Shown: one piece after another, positions 50,815 to 63,635 of the stretch
Layout: each line of letters starts with the position of its first letter
Position numbering within the stretch: position 1 is the stretch's first letter
Origin: Nitrospirales bacterium
Lineage (GTDB): Bacteria; Nitrospirota; Nitrospiria; Nitrospirales; UBA8639
Length of the DNA stretch: 64,000 nucleotides
Reading direction: 5' to 3'
Assembly: GCA_965203295.1 (NCBI GenBank)
Contig: CBDBCZ010000017.1
Location: 1,472,001-1,536,000 of the forward strand
Position numbers and translations under genes: made by a program
Notes under the pieces: model-generated
The model's input: only the letters and a program-made list of their open reading frames with translations
Databases searched by the model: none
Told to the model about the DNA's origin: nothing

Positions 50815-51555
50815 TACTGTCACTGGAATTTTGGTCCTGGAAAAATGGTCCTAGGACCAAAATTTCCGCTGGAAAAATTGGTCCCCCGGACCATTTTTTC
50901 CGGCCAAATTGGTCCTACCCTGAAAATTTTGGTCCGCCCATCAAGTTCTAGCAGAGTTGGTCTTACCTTGAAAATTTGGCATAGTTAATATCAACCTTTA
51001 GTTGAACCAATAGGTAGTTTAATACAAAGGTATGAGACAGTGTCTCAGTCACAGGCACGGATATCCTACAAACTGATTCAGTATAGCTACACCGGGACTT
51101 TGTCTACTGACTGTAAAGTCGATTCTGTGGCAAGTCTCGATCAGCTTGCATGCTGTATATGAAATCCTTTGACATCTTCCTCCTCTCGAAGCAGTTCCAC
51201 AGATGGCGAAGCACTTTCTCTTGGTCGAAGTGGTAACTGACCTGGGAGCTACAAAATGTATAGATCTAGCTATACGCTCACGGCATGAAGCTATTGACGG
51301 TAGGTGTAGGCTATGACAACAAACAAGCCAATACAATATACTCAATCATGTAGCCATCCACCCTTAGTGTAGTAGTTCACTCTATCAAGCCTGAAATACA
51401 GTAGCAGGTAGAATTCGCTTATGGCGCAGGTCGGACCATTATTTTCACAGGGGGACCAAAATTTTCAGGAAAAAATGGTCCACCCGGACCGATATTCCGG
51501 AAATTTTGGTCCCCCGGACCAATTTTTCCGCCGGACCAAAATTTCCGTGACAGTA
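50815..51555. mobile_element. TA-flanked MITE with GGTCC/GGACC-rich long TIRs, immediately followed by the start of a related copy
   Basis: TACTGTCACTGGAATTTTGGTCC ... GGACCAAAATTTCCGTGACAGTA. A second TACTGTCACCGGGAATTTTGGT begins at 51554. Confidence 0.75.
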
Positions 51556-52583
51556 CTGTCACCGGGAATTTTGGTACTGTTTCCCAAACTGAAATTTTCA
51601 ATGGAAAATCAGTCCTCCAGATCAACTTTTTCGTAAAAAATGGTCCGCCTCTGGGAAAATGGTCCAGGCACTGGCGATGCATATTCTTGTTCATGAGTGC
51701 CAGTCAGGCTGTGCTGGAGTGTCCCATAACACTTATAAGCCGTAGCTAACCTAGCTAGGTACACCTGCATAGAAAATGTACTACCATAATTATAGCAGGA
51801 TTATTCCTGAAGAAAAATTCACCTGGCGTTTAATAGAACTCAATAAAAGGAGCTCTCATATTTATCCCACGTTATATAATCTCTAATACATTTCATTGGA
51901 CGAGAGCAGTAGGATATATAGCGCATATTTTGCAGTTCTGTACTTCCTTAGTTACACATTAGCAACATACTTCGCGATAGTTACGCACATATGCAGTAGT
52001 GGGGTTAGTCAGATAGACCACGTCACAGCGGAGGATACACGTCCAAAATATCCTCCTTGGATATGGTGTTACCCCTTGGCTGCGCCTGGGTAAAACCGCA
52101 TCCATGAAGGATATATAGGTGCATATCTTCCACTGTGACGTAATCTATCCTATACTTACACTACCCTCCCTTTCAGGCTCTCCTCACTTCAGGAAGAAAG
52201 GAATAATACGGTACAAGTAAATGCAGTGCATTGTGGGGGCGGAGCAGTCGTCTGTAGGTCTTTGCATGTAAATAGATCTGGCAATACATTTGCAATATAT
52301 AAGACCACACACAACTGCAACCAGAACCACTAAGGGGGGGCTCCACCCCAAATATTATATTGACAGTACTCCTCTGTTGAGGTGCAGATACAGAGTGAAA
52401 TGGTAGTGGAACAACTCCCCAATAAATGTAAGCTTTTATACAAGCCAGAGAAGAAAAAAACAAATGAGCTATGTAAAGTACTGAGGTCAGCACTGCAGTG
52501 AAGAGAAACCAGCAGCCCTTTATTGATTATATGTACTTTTTAACCCTCAGCACGCATGCGCAGCAAGGCTTACAGTACTCAGC

Positions 52584-52637
<54 letters not shown>

Positions 52638-52963
52638 ATGTGTGTGTCTAGGATTTTGCTGTGGTAATGATCAACAATACAGGGTATACACCATACTAAC
52701 AATACTACTGCATGTGCCTGTAATGGACCTATAATAGGTCATTCTTACCTAAACAATTAGGACATTGAGCATACGATGCACATGCAAGTCACTAGTCTCA
52801 ATAAATTACGTTAAACTTGTTTTCTCTGTATATTATAGTATTCCTTTGTGGCCTGCAGCAGTGTACTGTCTTTTATGATAATCTAGGAACCTCGCTAAAT
52901 TGCTACCAGAAATGCTGCTGGGTCATGGACAATTGCACACCATCTTTTACATCTGCTACTGCT

Positions 52964-53315
52964 ATAGAGAGTTTTCACGTGTCGTCACAGATCACGTGCT
53001 CCTGCAGTACGTCCGTGTTACGTTCCGTTTATATCCATTCTAGCCCACCATGCGTGGGCGACTAGTTTGGCACGTTATACAGCGATCTCAGAAACAAGAG
53101 CTGCTCGGAACTTACGCGTTCAGTATCTCAACTATCGCTGTAGTCAGTTTTCTGGCGGGATGAATCGAGTGAATCTGCCGTCTAGACTACGAGTACGAGA
53201 GAACTTCCGGACTTCATGCGTATGGCTATGTACGTTTGCTGCCCACGAAAATGGTGCCCTGGCAACAGTTGCTACATGCGCGTGACGTAAGATGATGTCA
53301 ATGAAAACTCTCTAT
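52964..53315. mobile_element. MITE with a 14-bp TIR
   Basis: ATAGAGAGTTTTCA ... TGAAAACTCTCTAT with a CpG-rich interior. Confidence 0.7.
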
Positions 53316-54256
53316 TAGTGTCATGCTGAACTCAAGAGTACCTTGGGAATAGATGAGTGCATGTGAAGAACTTACTGTTATGATAACCTAGTGTCTGTTA
53401 TTACACATTACTTTATTGATGGAGATCAAAACCAGAGATTGTTCTCAAGGATGTCATCCAAAATAAAATTTTGGGGAAAAAAAAATATGTATGCAGAAAG
53501 GCTGATCAGATTTGGTTCACTCAGCCATAATTGATTTTCACCTCCTGCTTTTATCACTGCCATCATACTGTTTGAAACTGAGTAACATGGTCTGGAGTAT
53601 AACATACATACAAAAGAAATGAGGACTTCTTTGGCCCCCTACACTCAACAAAGACCAGCATTGGCTTTTCTGATCATGTTGACAATGTCAGTTGAAGTAG
53701 TGCCAAAGGGCAAAGTACTACTGCAACCACAAAGGAAGCCCAAAGGATGCACAAAGGAAGCCCAAAGGGTATGCATAGTGCCCTTTGGTAGAGGAGGCAC
53801 TGAATCAGGTGTAGCCTCGGGCCTGGAGCCAAAATCCAGTTCGAGCTACAGCAGCTAGCAGAGGGAGATCGGAAAAGGACTGAAAGTTGAAACTGGTGAA
53901 ACGCATGCAGCCTGCGCAGTGGCAGAGGCTGAAATCATCACCCAGTAATATACCTGTAGCGATCAACAAAACAACTTGGAACACAACTTGCCTATCAGAT
54001 ATATATACGTACTACACGTACTGGTGTCCATGTGCACGTGCGCATGCTGCTCCCGCCCACATTAATTTTGCTGATTCCACGTGTCGCGCTTAGATCATGG
54101 CGTACTCGGTACTGTATACTGCAACATCCGTCAAGGATAGATCTAAGCGACAGACTGACTGTCCGATAACAATTGATGACTTTATACTCACCACGATTGT
54201 GTATCAGATACTTTGGCCTATATATGGCAAACCAGGGCTCCAGCGCACTAGCTTAC

Positions 54257-54388
54257 CTTCTCTGCATCGGCGGAGTCCTCGGGCTGGCCCTCGAGAACAA
54301 CCGGCTCTTTCAGCGGAGCGGGCTGGTCTTCCTGCTCTTCCACTAGCGCGTAAAACCCGATAGGTCGGGTGCCGACGTCGGATGCCAT
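54257..54388 (-). CDS. ANO-C candidate first coding exon V2 (44 codons; too short for the ORF track)
   Basis: aaagATGGCA start. Hand translation is MASDVGTRPIGFYALVEEQEDQPAPLKEPVVLEGQPEDSADAEK, ending AAG|GTAAGC (strong donor), phase 0. Confidence 0.75.
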
Positions 54389-56583
54389 CTTTACAGACTC
54401 TTGTCAGTCACCGCGGTAGGCCTGAGGTTCGCGAACCTGGGTCCTGGACCGACCAGGAGCGCATAATGACGTAGGAGCGCATAATGACGTCATTATGCGC
54501 TCCTTGTCTAGACGAAATCGCAGTATTGAATAAGACTTGTTCAGTTTTGCACACAGCATGACCTTCGAGCGATGCAGTTCGGATTACGTTAGCGCGTCGG
54601 CACTCCTCCCTCTCTGTCCACCCAGACACCTTTTCCAACGACTTGCCATTTGTCTTTAGAGGGGCAACGCCACCATGAGGATTGGTTGGCTCCCCATCCA
54701 CTGCCCTGGAAGTGTTTTTTTTTTACTGTATTTAATCTCTTGCTTTGTCTTTTATTTATTTCGTGTGCAGAAAAGCAGAAAAGCAAGGCGTTGTAGTACA
54801 TGTACGACTACGCATGCAGCAATAATTATGTGACCTGCATACATTGCTGCCACACTAATATTTTAAGCACAGTAGCTGGCACTTTAATTACCAGCATATA
54901 AAACTAGGAGAATGCAGAGCATTTGTGGGGCGAGCGCAACTACAACATGTGCTTAGCATGTTTCTGCGCATGCGCAATGCGACCGGTCGGTCGATGACAT
55001 ACGTACATACAGGTCGGACATACATACAAACAGAGTTGGCATTGACCTCGCTAGTACTGGGCTCGCTGCGCTCGCCCCAATAATGCTTCGATGCATGTAG
55101 TATGCACACAAGTTGACGCTTCCACTGATACATATTACATACTCTACTACTACGATAAGGGCAAAGTTTATAGAAGATTCTACTATACTACATACATTAT
55201 ATACTCACAATTACTGTATTTAGCATTAAGTTAACAAAACATAATTTGACAACATTTGTGTAGTGGCAAATTATGAGTAATACTATACAGATGTTTCTTC
55301 AGCCGGAGTCCGGTGCCGTTCTGGCTGAACATGCATACGCTAGCATAGTAGGTGCAGACTTTCCTGATCAGGTGACCGGAACAGTATTATCTTTGGAGTG
55401 CTATGTATACAACTTTCATCAACAACAACCCATAGTCATACCGTATATCTTAATTGTGCAGTATTACCATTTTACATACTGATATATGTGAAACCCAGTC
55501 AGCATTATGTATAGGTGCATTAAAGATACTGCTAGACACCAATTCCTTCAATTCTCAGCAATTCTGTGCAATTAACAGCTGGTACGGCATGTTCTGCTAC
55601 ACACTTCTCATTCAGAGATACACGGGTATCTTTATTCAATGCAGTGTACAAGGTCATGTAATCATGCAGCTGTTCACTATATCAATAAAAGTGTGCATCA
55701 AACATGCAGTGCAATGAGGTGGCTTTTGCAGCTGATACTTGGTGTTACAAAGTGGCTATTGAACAGGGTGCTAAAAGTCAATTAGTGTTTGAGTTAAGGT
55801 AAGGGTTAGGGCTATAGTGTTAGGGTTAGGGCTATTCCATTCAGGGCATAAAACATGCAGCTTACTAGTACATGAGCGCACATGTGCAGACATAGATTAG
55901 GCCCCTCCAACTTGCATGTTAGTTTCTGATCACCCGCCCGCATCAGCAACAGAGACACGCGTACGCTAAGTTTCTATAATGAGCAGGCAACACGTCCGGT
56001 ATTTATTACAAATGGGTGGAGCATTCGTTTTTCATGCGCGTTTCTTCTCCAAGAATGTGCATGCAGCGGCCACCCGCCCACATGGCTCCTGTGGAATGAG
56101 TGAGATCAGAAACTAATCTGTAAATTGGAATGGCCTTATCAAAATGTATGCTCTTCATACTGGACCAATGGCCACATCCTTAATATTGATCCTTTTTGCG
56201 AACAGAATTAATGCAGCGCACATGCATGATGTATAGGAGCATGCAGTTTCAAACTGCACGCCAATTTTTGACATACTACATTTCAATCTTTGCATGTGGT
56301 ATCGCCATTTACCGCCTACTGAGACATCAAAGCGTGGCTCATAAATTGTCCGTGATTGATGGTTACGCGTCCAATTATCTGGAGCCATCACCGCTAGCAA
56401 AGTTTAACTCTCCGCCAAAACCGCAATATTCATACAAATAATATACGTACGGTGCGTTCTGAATAATAATATTATTAATATAGTCTAACAATGGTTTGTG
56501 CTAAAAACATACACACAATTTGCTAGATAGTTGCGGCAATTATGGAGATCGAGAAGGCTAGACTCTGACGTCAGACACGTTAC

Positions 56584-56766
56584 CTGGGCATCTATATCTT
56601 CGGATCCGCCTGTGCCATAATCGTCGGATCTGGTACTTTCCAAGAGTTTGATCTGCTCATGCTGCTGCATACTGCCAGTTTTCGGCGGTGAGGGTGAGCG
56701 TTCGACGTCCTGTTCTTCCACTAGCGCGGAGAATCCGAGCGGTCTGGTCCCGTGGCCAGAAGCCAT
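56584..56766 (-). CDS. ANO-C candidate first coding exon V1 (61 codons, most distal)
   Basis: taagATGGCT start. Encodes MASGHGTRPLGFSALVEEQD...HEQIKLLESTRSDDYGTGGSEDIDAQ and ends CAG|GTAACG, phase 0. Confidence 0.75.
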
Positions 56767-57455
56767 CTTAATTTATTGACTTCAATTATTGGTTCTGGAA
56801 TCTGGTTCCCCAGACTAGACTGAATTGCATGCAGTATTGGAATGAGACTGTTTATCACGTGATACTCCAGCCCCTCCTACTCCCGCAACATGCAAAGATT
56901 TGCCCATGGCATGCAATGCATGCATGCATATATACACTGCAAAACTGCAGGATAGCTATTAAAGTTCACTTACATTGCTCATATCTGACTTGGCCATGCA
57001 AAGACGCGCATGTAAGTGAATGAGTCAGTGTGTGGATCGACTCCTAAAGTGAAGGTCACCATCACTGCATGAAATGTCTGAACTGTAAGTAGCTAGCTAA
57101 CATTGCAGTCACTACATGTATGTACTTTCAACAAGCTGAGAATTGTTGAAAGAAGTGAATGCAGATTTATGACACAAAGTATTTAATAGTGTCACTTCCC
57201 GAGAATCCTGCATGGAAATTTCCTCACATACATTACAGGCATGCAGAAGATAGCCCATGTAGCAGGTAGCGCCGTTATATATACACATGGAATTACGTAC
57301 AAGTATACAGTCAATGTGATCATTTGTCGTATATATATATAACGTACAATGCATCCATGATTGCATAATAATGTATGTTCCTGCATAATATATATTCAGT
57401 ATACTCCAGACAGAAATCTTATAAAAGTCTTGCAAAATAATTAGACAACAATGAA

Positions 57456-59750
57456 CTATGATGACTCTACTAGATCTGAACATGAGGTTACAAAGCAACT
57501 CATCAGGATATCGGGCCACTCAGATACATTTTTGTCCGTTGCTATACAAATGCGAAACGTTTCCTTGTAACAGACAATGGTGACACTGAGGCCAACAGCG
57601 GAGTAGCGTGGAGGCCAGCAGGTAATCGAAGACACAGTGTAAGAGTCGAAATAGAGTGGTTCATCGGGAAGCTCAATTACCGAAAATATACCTGTCACTT
57701 TGCGAAGCATAGCGTTGGATACAGAGTCAATTGCACTTGAACACAAAAAGATGGAAGCTAGTCTTGCAGCCGCAAGTAGTGTGAATGCTTCTTCACCTCG
57801 TAGTAGGAGCTGGTTATTGGTTTTGAGCAATCGCTTGGTTGGACACTCTTCTGAGACTGGGAGGTTCACGGAGAAGAAGGATAACCGAGAACCGATTGTA
57901 ACTGGTAAAGCAAAGGGCATATCTGCAACAGTCGCTTTACTCTGAAGTACATGTAGCAGCTTTCGGATTGCACCGGCTAGGCAGGACAGAAGCACAGTGC
58001 CAACAGTTACAGCATGGTGGGCAGCGCAAGTCTGAATTGGTTCTAGTTGGTACGGCGCCGAAAAAATGAAGCGTGCACTTCCGTGGAGCAGCAGGGGGTG
58101 AAGATCGTTGAACAGCGTTGAACGCAGGAGATGCCTGATGAAAACGGCAGGAGCTTTCAAAACCGTCGCCAATTTTGACACTCTCCTGATGGGAAACGTG
58201 GGCTTTAATTTCGGACAGTCTGCATCCAGCAGCTGTAAAAGATTATCCACCAGATTTGCGCCCGAAGCCAGACAGTGATGTGTTTTTATGACCACGGCTG
58301 AACGATTAACGTACGCGGGAATGAAATAGGCTGCCCAGAGTGAAGAGTCCTCGTGCGGTTCCAAATTTGAGAGCTCGGCTACGTAGTTTGAGAGATCACT
58401 AACGGTTGACATCTTTCGGTTCACAAGATGAATGTGGGAACCTAGGTTGGAATCATTATCAGCTCTCCATTGAGAAAAGCACCCTTTCTTGGTGACCACC
58501 GCTGCTAGTTTGAGACTGAACACCCGCATGTTGCTATGGAGATATGCCCGCTGCAGCACAGTAGCGAGAGAGCTACGAAAATCTTCAAAGGAAATGCTCT
58601 CTTTGAAAACAACTAGAGTATAGTAGTAGGTCCCCGAGAGTTTGGAGGCATAAAAGGGAGATAAGTGAGAAGTAATATCGATGGTGTGAAATTTCTTGCA
58701 AGGTGCAGGTATGCAGCAAGAAAGGAGTTTGAACAGTGCCAAAAAGGGTAGCAAAGTAAAGAAGACTGGGTATACTATTAGGATGCAGATGAGATTACAC
58801 AGGAAACTTGCTAGCTTCCTGGACCACCTCACTTTAGGAAGCCCAGTGCCAACTAGTGGGACAGTACTACTGGCAGTGTTGAGGCTGTTGTCATGTGAAG
58901 CCGAGACTGATTCCGAAGACTCTGGTCGGTCCAAGAGTCCAGATTCCGGATCTCCACGTTGCACGGGATCCGAATCGATCATGCCTGAGTTGTATGCAAG
59001 ACCGGCTTGCTGAATACTTGCTAACTGAGAGTCAGAGGCAACTGAATGAAACGAGATATCCGAAATAAGAGATTGTTCCCTAGGCCTATTCGGTGATCCA
59101 GTAGCAGTATCTATTGGTAGAGTGTGCTGATGTACCTGTCCAGGTAGGCTGACAACATCAACAGGTTCGGCACTACTTTGAAGCATTGGCAGACCAGCCG
59201 ACTGGCTCCTCTCGGGAAGCAAGCCAGCTGGATTGCGAGCGTGTTCGATTGTGAAAACACTATCGCTTCCGATACTATCACTGCTGAGATCGAGCAAGCC
59301 TTGTGCACGCACTTTTTCAATTCGAGGTGCCCATGCCGGTAGCACCTTGCCTACCTGCTGTGGGTTTCCAGCTTGAGGATATCGTGGGAAGACGAAAACT
59401 GACTTTGAGCTCTTCCTCGGTGGCAACGTTCTTTCTGTCGCTGTAGGTACTACAGGTGACGATGGAATAATCTCGTCTTCTCGTTTTACTGCTTGAAGCT
59501 GACTTGCTAAAGACTGTGAGGGTGATTTGATTTGCCCACTAATCTTGCCACGTAGCAAACTTCCTTGATGATCACAGTCAAGCTGTCCTGGTAAGCTCAC
59601 AGAATCAAGATGTCCCAAACGAGTGCTATGTCGAATGTCTGATCTTGCAGACTTGGGTCTTTGGCTAAAGGTTGCAGTTTGTGATTCATCCGGGTGACTG
59701 CTGCTGTTAGATTCTCGTTCAATGATTGCTTCATATACAACTTGAGCCAT
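57456..59750 (-). CDS. WS/DGAT-like (wax ester synthase/diacylglycerol acyltransferase fold) membrane protein with a long Ser/Pro-rich N-terminus, about 764 aa from the ATG at 59750
   Basis: Uninterrupted 2.3 kb ORF with an acceptor (ttttattactgtgcag|G) at 59754. About 300 aa of low-complexity sequence is followed by a hydrophobic segment (LASFLCNLICILIVYPVFFTLLPFLALF). Then come SLWAAYFI..VVIKTHHCLASG (HHxxxDG-like), TVGTVLLSCLAGAIRK and WPP..VGLSVTIVCY..FRICIATD, which resemble WS/DGAT and its C-terminal domain. Family call is by motif recognition only. Confidence 0.78.
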   Translation of the reverse strand: MAQVVYEAIIERESNSSSHPDESQTATFSQRPKSARSDIRHSTRLGHLDSVSLPGQLDCDHQGSLLRGKISGQIKSPSQSLASQLQAVKREDEIIPSSPVVPTATERTLPPRKSSKSVFVFPRYPQAGNPQQVGKVLPAWAPRIEKVRAQGLLDLSSDSIGSDSVFTIEHARNPAGLLPERSQSAGLPMLQSSAEPVDVVSLPGQVHQHTLPIDTATGSPNRPREQSLISDISFHSVASDSQLASIQQAGLAYNSGMIDSDPVQRGDPESGLLDRPESSESVSASHDNSLNTASSTVPLVGTGLPKVRWSRKLASFLCNLICILIVYPVFFTLLPFLALFKLLSCCIPAPCKKFHTIDITSHLSPFYASKLSGTYYYTLVVFKESISFEDFRSSLATVLQRAYLHSNMRVFSLKLAAVVTKKGCFSQWRADNDSNLGSHIHLVNRKMSTVSDLSNYVAELSNLEPHEDSSLWAAYFIPAYVNRSAVVIKTHHCLASGANLVDNLLQLLDADCPKLKPTFPIRRVSKLATVLKAPAVFIRHLLRSTLFNDLHPLLLHGSARFIFSAPYQLEPIQTCAAHHAVTVGTVLLSCLAGAIRKLLHVLQSKATVADMPFALPVTIGSRLSFFSVNLPVSEECPTKRLLKTNNQLLLRGEEAFTLLAAARLASIFLCSSAIDSVSNAMLRKVTGIFSVIELPDEPLYFDSYTVSSITCWPPRYSAVGLSVTIVCYKETFRICIATDKNVSEWPDILMSCFVTSCSDLVESS

Positions 59751-60478
59751 ATTCCTGCACAGTAATAAAAATTGAGGTATCTGTAACTTCAACACAAATT
59801 GTGTAACTACAAGCTATACTATACTATCGAACACATGACACTATATGGTATTCCCCAGACATGTTACATGCATGCTTTTGTGTATTCTTTTGTATAGCTT
59901 CTTACTCTCTAATAGTCACTAATGATGCTATTTACACCTGACATTCTAATTTGCTAATGCCTATATGAAAATTCAAAGAGGATCTCAAGCTAGTGCTTTT
60001 CAGGGTTCATGTTGATCAGAGCATAGATAGTAGAGTAGAACTACTCTACTATCTATGATCAGAGTTCTCTTTCTACAAACCTTTTAAATGGGTTCACAAA
60101 CTTTATCATCAAATGGGATTTGCTGATGAAGTTCGTGAAGCCATGTCGTGAAGCCAATTCATGTTTAGGTGCATGAACTTCATACAGGACGCTTAACACA
60201 TCTATCATAGAATCCAGTCACTCTACTGCACAAAACTACATAATATACTAGAGATACACATACGCAGTATAAGCCTCGCGCACAAACATTCAGTAGGTGT
60301 GGTTTGGTAGCACGTGTTTATAATGTGTGAGAATTCGACAGAGAGAAAGGAGAGGTAGCTAAACGTGCATGAGAATTCGACAAGTTCATCCTTCTCCAAA
60401 GGCGAAAATTAACAGGGTGGTGACTTCTGCTTCTCCAGCGAAAAAGAGCAACTGTTGTTAGCTAAAAAGTGTACGCAC

Positions 60479-60573
60479 CTCTGGTCTTTTAGCTTCGGTT
60501 TTGTATGCCGCTCGTTACCTTCTCTTGCGTAGTGTAGCAAGATGCCTAGCCCTTTCCCCACTCGTCTCGCCAT
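60479..60573 (-). CDS. Possible upstream first exon of the WS/DGAT-like gene
   Basis: CpG-rich. ATG at 60573 (MARRVGKGLG..KLKDQ) ending AG|GTGCGT, phase 2, joins in frame to the acceptor at 59754 (AG|G AAT ATG). An alternative donor AAG|GTAACG at 60519 would be out of frame and make this a UTR exon. Confidence 0.4.
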
Positions 60574-62445
60574 CGTCGTCGGGCTCCGTGACTCGACTTC
60601 AGCCAACACGCGTGGAAGTAGCACATGAGAACAGAGCCACTAAAGGGCCGGCCACGCCATGCACAGCACGCAGTATAATTGCATTCCTAAGCGTGACACA
60701 TACATATAGTATATATATATATATACAAACGCTTGCTGAGATACGATGCAGAATTAGTTGCCTCGCGCTAAGGCGCTCGGCAAATATGTGTGGTAAACAG
60801 ACCCTCATATCCATGATCACTACCACTGTGCATGCATACATACATGCATTAAACCACAATGGCTACATGCTGCATTATAGGACTGGGGACACATTGCATG
60901 CAAGTGAGGACAAAAGACTGATGAGAGCTGGGAACAAGGTTAATGCTGCATTTGGAACGGAGTCAAACATCCTACGTAGCTAAGCAGTGAATGGAGTTGA
61001 ACATACCATTTTGTAGCTGAGTTAATTAAGAACTAGGCCAGCCGGTCAATACATATATGTATCCATAAATATGGTTACATTACTAGGTCTATACTTTTTG
61101 CAAAGATCTGAGCATATATATAGCAACATAACACTAATTCAGTATATAAAACTAGATGTAATTCTGCAACAACACAATCTGCTGAACAAATTATTACAGT
61201 GCTGTATCTGTAGAGTATGCGCATCAGTTTTTTAGACTAACAAAATTATGTCTAAACTGAGCTACTCTTCGCATGCCAAACTGTATTCCTCCATTATTAG
61301 TGTACTTGTGAAACTATGCGTTGAAAATCTACTGCTCATGCCCATAGCTGTACGTTGCAAAGAAAAATACTCACCACAACAGGTGCTGCAGCCGATCCAA
61401 GCCTTATCACTGCGCCTGGCCTGTTCAGAAGTCTCCAATCCTCATAGACAGTGAATTTTTGGCACCTCCAAGCTGGGATGGGTGGAGCTAGTCTCATGAG
61501 CAGCTAGCTGGACTAGACTAGACTAGGGTGGAGCTATTCTAATTTAACGAAGGAAATTCTTTCTTCAATTAATTAGATGTGTATACATAAAAGTACATGT
61601 ACTTGGAAGAGCTGCGCCACTATACTAGTCACTGAGAGTAACTTTTGAGCAGTCCTTGTCGTTGATCTATCGGGAGATTCTGCAAGTAGGTCGTACGGGG
61701 GGGATTCACCAGTAGTGTAATCACTACATCTTGATTGTATGAATCTGTATCATGGTCAGTAGTCAGCTACATGAGCTAGACCTATAGTCTAGTCTAGCTA
61801 GCTATCCCCAACTTCTACCCACCTAGAGAAGTTGGGCATAGCTAGCTACACTACTCTAGATCTTGAAACTACTTGGCTACAGACTACTGCCTAGTACTGA
61901 AACAAACCATTCACCATATTCTGACCATAAGTAACTCAATTTGTGAGCCAACAAAGAACAATGTCATTTTACAGAATTAGGTGGCCAGTACCCTGAAGCC
62001 ACTTACGAGAGTTAATTCTTGAGATCTTGTACATGCATGTACGTGTAGGACATATCACTATGTAATTGAAGGCAATTAAGCGGTAGTCACTTCATACTGC
62101 CTTTCCATACGTTCACAAATGGGATCAAGATTTTTGATCGGCAAAAATGGTCCTTGATCGTTTTATCTTTAGTTTAAAACTTTCTTGATCGCTTGATTTC
62201 AAGGGTTCAGTTGCCCTGCCTCCTTTGATTCTGAGAATGATAGTCGATCCATTGATTTTTGTTGCTCGGATTTCGTCCTGATCCCTTGATCCTCTCCTAA
62301 ACACTACCTTGATCACTAGATTTCATTTTGATTCCATTTGCAAACGTTTCTACAACCAACGCATACATGTACATGTAAGTGACTATCCCTTGAAAGGCCA
62401 AGCAATATGATAGATCATCTATTGCAATAGTCACCCTGGGTTGAG

Positions 62446-63635
62446 TACTATTGTAGCCAAGCTATAGCCTGCAGTGTGTCAGCACTGATGATCAGTACTC
62501 TAGTATTGTTATAGCCAAGCTATAGCCTGCAGTGTGTCAGTACTGATGATCAGTACTCTAGTATTGTTAAGCCAAGCTATAGCCTGCAGTGTGTCAGCAC
62601 AGATGATCAGTACTCTAGTATTGTTATAGCCAAGCTATAGCCTGCAGTGCGTCGCACTGATGAGCAGTACTCTAGTATTGTTATAGCCAAGCTATAGCCT
62701 GCAGTGCGTCAACACTGATGATCAGTACTCTAGTATTGTTATAGCCAAGCTATAGCCTGCAGTGTGTCAGCACTGATGATCAGTACTCTAGTATTGTTAA
62801 GCCAAGCTATAGCCTGCAGTGTGTCAGCACTGATGATCAGTACTCTAGTATTGTTATAGCCAAGCTATAGCCTGCAGTGCGTCGCACTGATGAGCAGTAC
62901 TCTAGTATTGTTATAGCCAAGCTATAGCCTGCAGTGCGTCAACACTGATGATCAGTACTCTAGTATTGTTATAGCCAAGCTATAGCCTGCAGTGTGTCAG
63001 CACTGATGATCAGTACTCTAGTATTGTTATAGCCAAGCTATAGCCTGCAGTGCGTCGCACTGATGATCAGTACTCTAGTATTGCTATAGCCAAGCTATAG
63101 CCTGCAGTGTGTCAGTACTGATGATCAGTACTCTAGTATTGTTATAGCCAAGCTATAGCCTGCAATGTGTCAGCACTGATGATCAGTACTCTAGTATTGT
63201 TAAGCCAAGCTATAGCCTGCAGTGTGTCAGCACAGATGATCAGTACTCTAGTATTGTTATAGCCAAGCTATAGCCTGCAGTGTGTCAGCACTGATGATCA
63301 GTACTCTAGTATAGTTATAGCCAAGCTACAGCCTGCAGTGTGTCAGTACTGATGAGCAGTACTCTAGTATTGTTATAGCCAAGCTATAGCCTGCAGTGTG
63401 TCAGTACTGATGAGCAGTACTCTAGTATTGTTATAGCCAAGCTATAGCCTGCAGTGTGTCAGTACTGATGATCAGTACTCTAGTATTGTTATAGCCAAGC
63501 TATAGCCTGCAGTGTGTCAGCACTGATGAGCAGTACTCTAGTATTGTTATAGCCAAGCTATAGCCTGCAGTGTGTCAGCACTGATGATCAGTACTCTAGT
63601 ATTGCTATAGCCAAGCTATAGCCTGCAGTGTGTCA
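62446..63635. repeat. 56-58 bp minisatellite, about 20 copies
   Basis: Unit tagtattgttatagccaagctatagcctgcagtgtgtcag(c/t)actgatgatcagtactc with small indel variants. Confidence 0.95.

Noticed and set aside
59751..59795. ORF-track N-terminal extension MLKLQIPQFLLLC of the 779-aa ORF
   Set aside because: It has a non-ATG start and spans the polypyrimidine tract and acceptor at 59754, so it is mostly intronic.
62446..63635. Possible CRISPR array
   Set aside because: Units are contiguous near-identical repeats with no unique spacers, the context is eukaryotic, and there are no cas genes.
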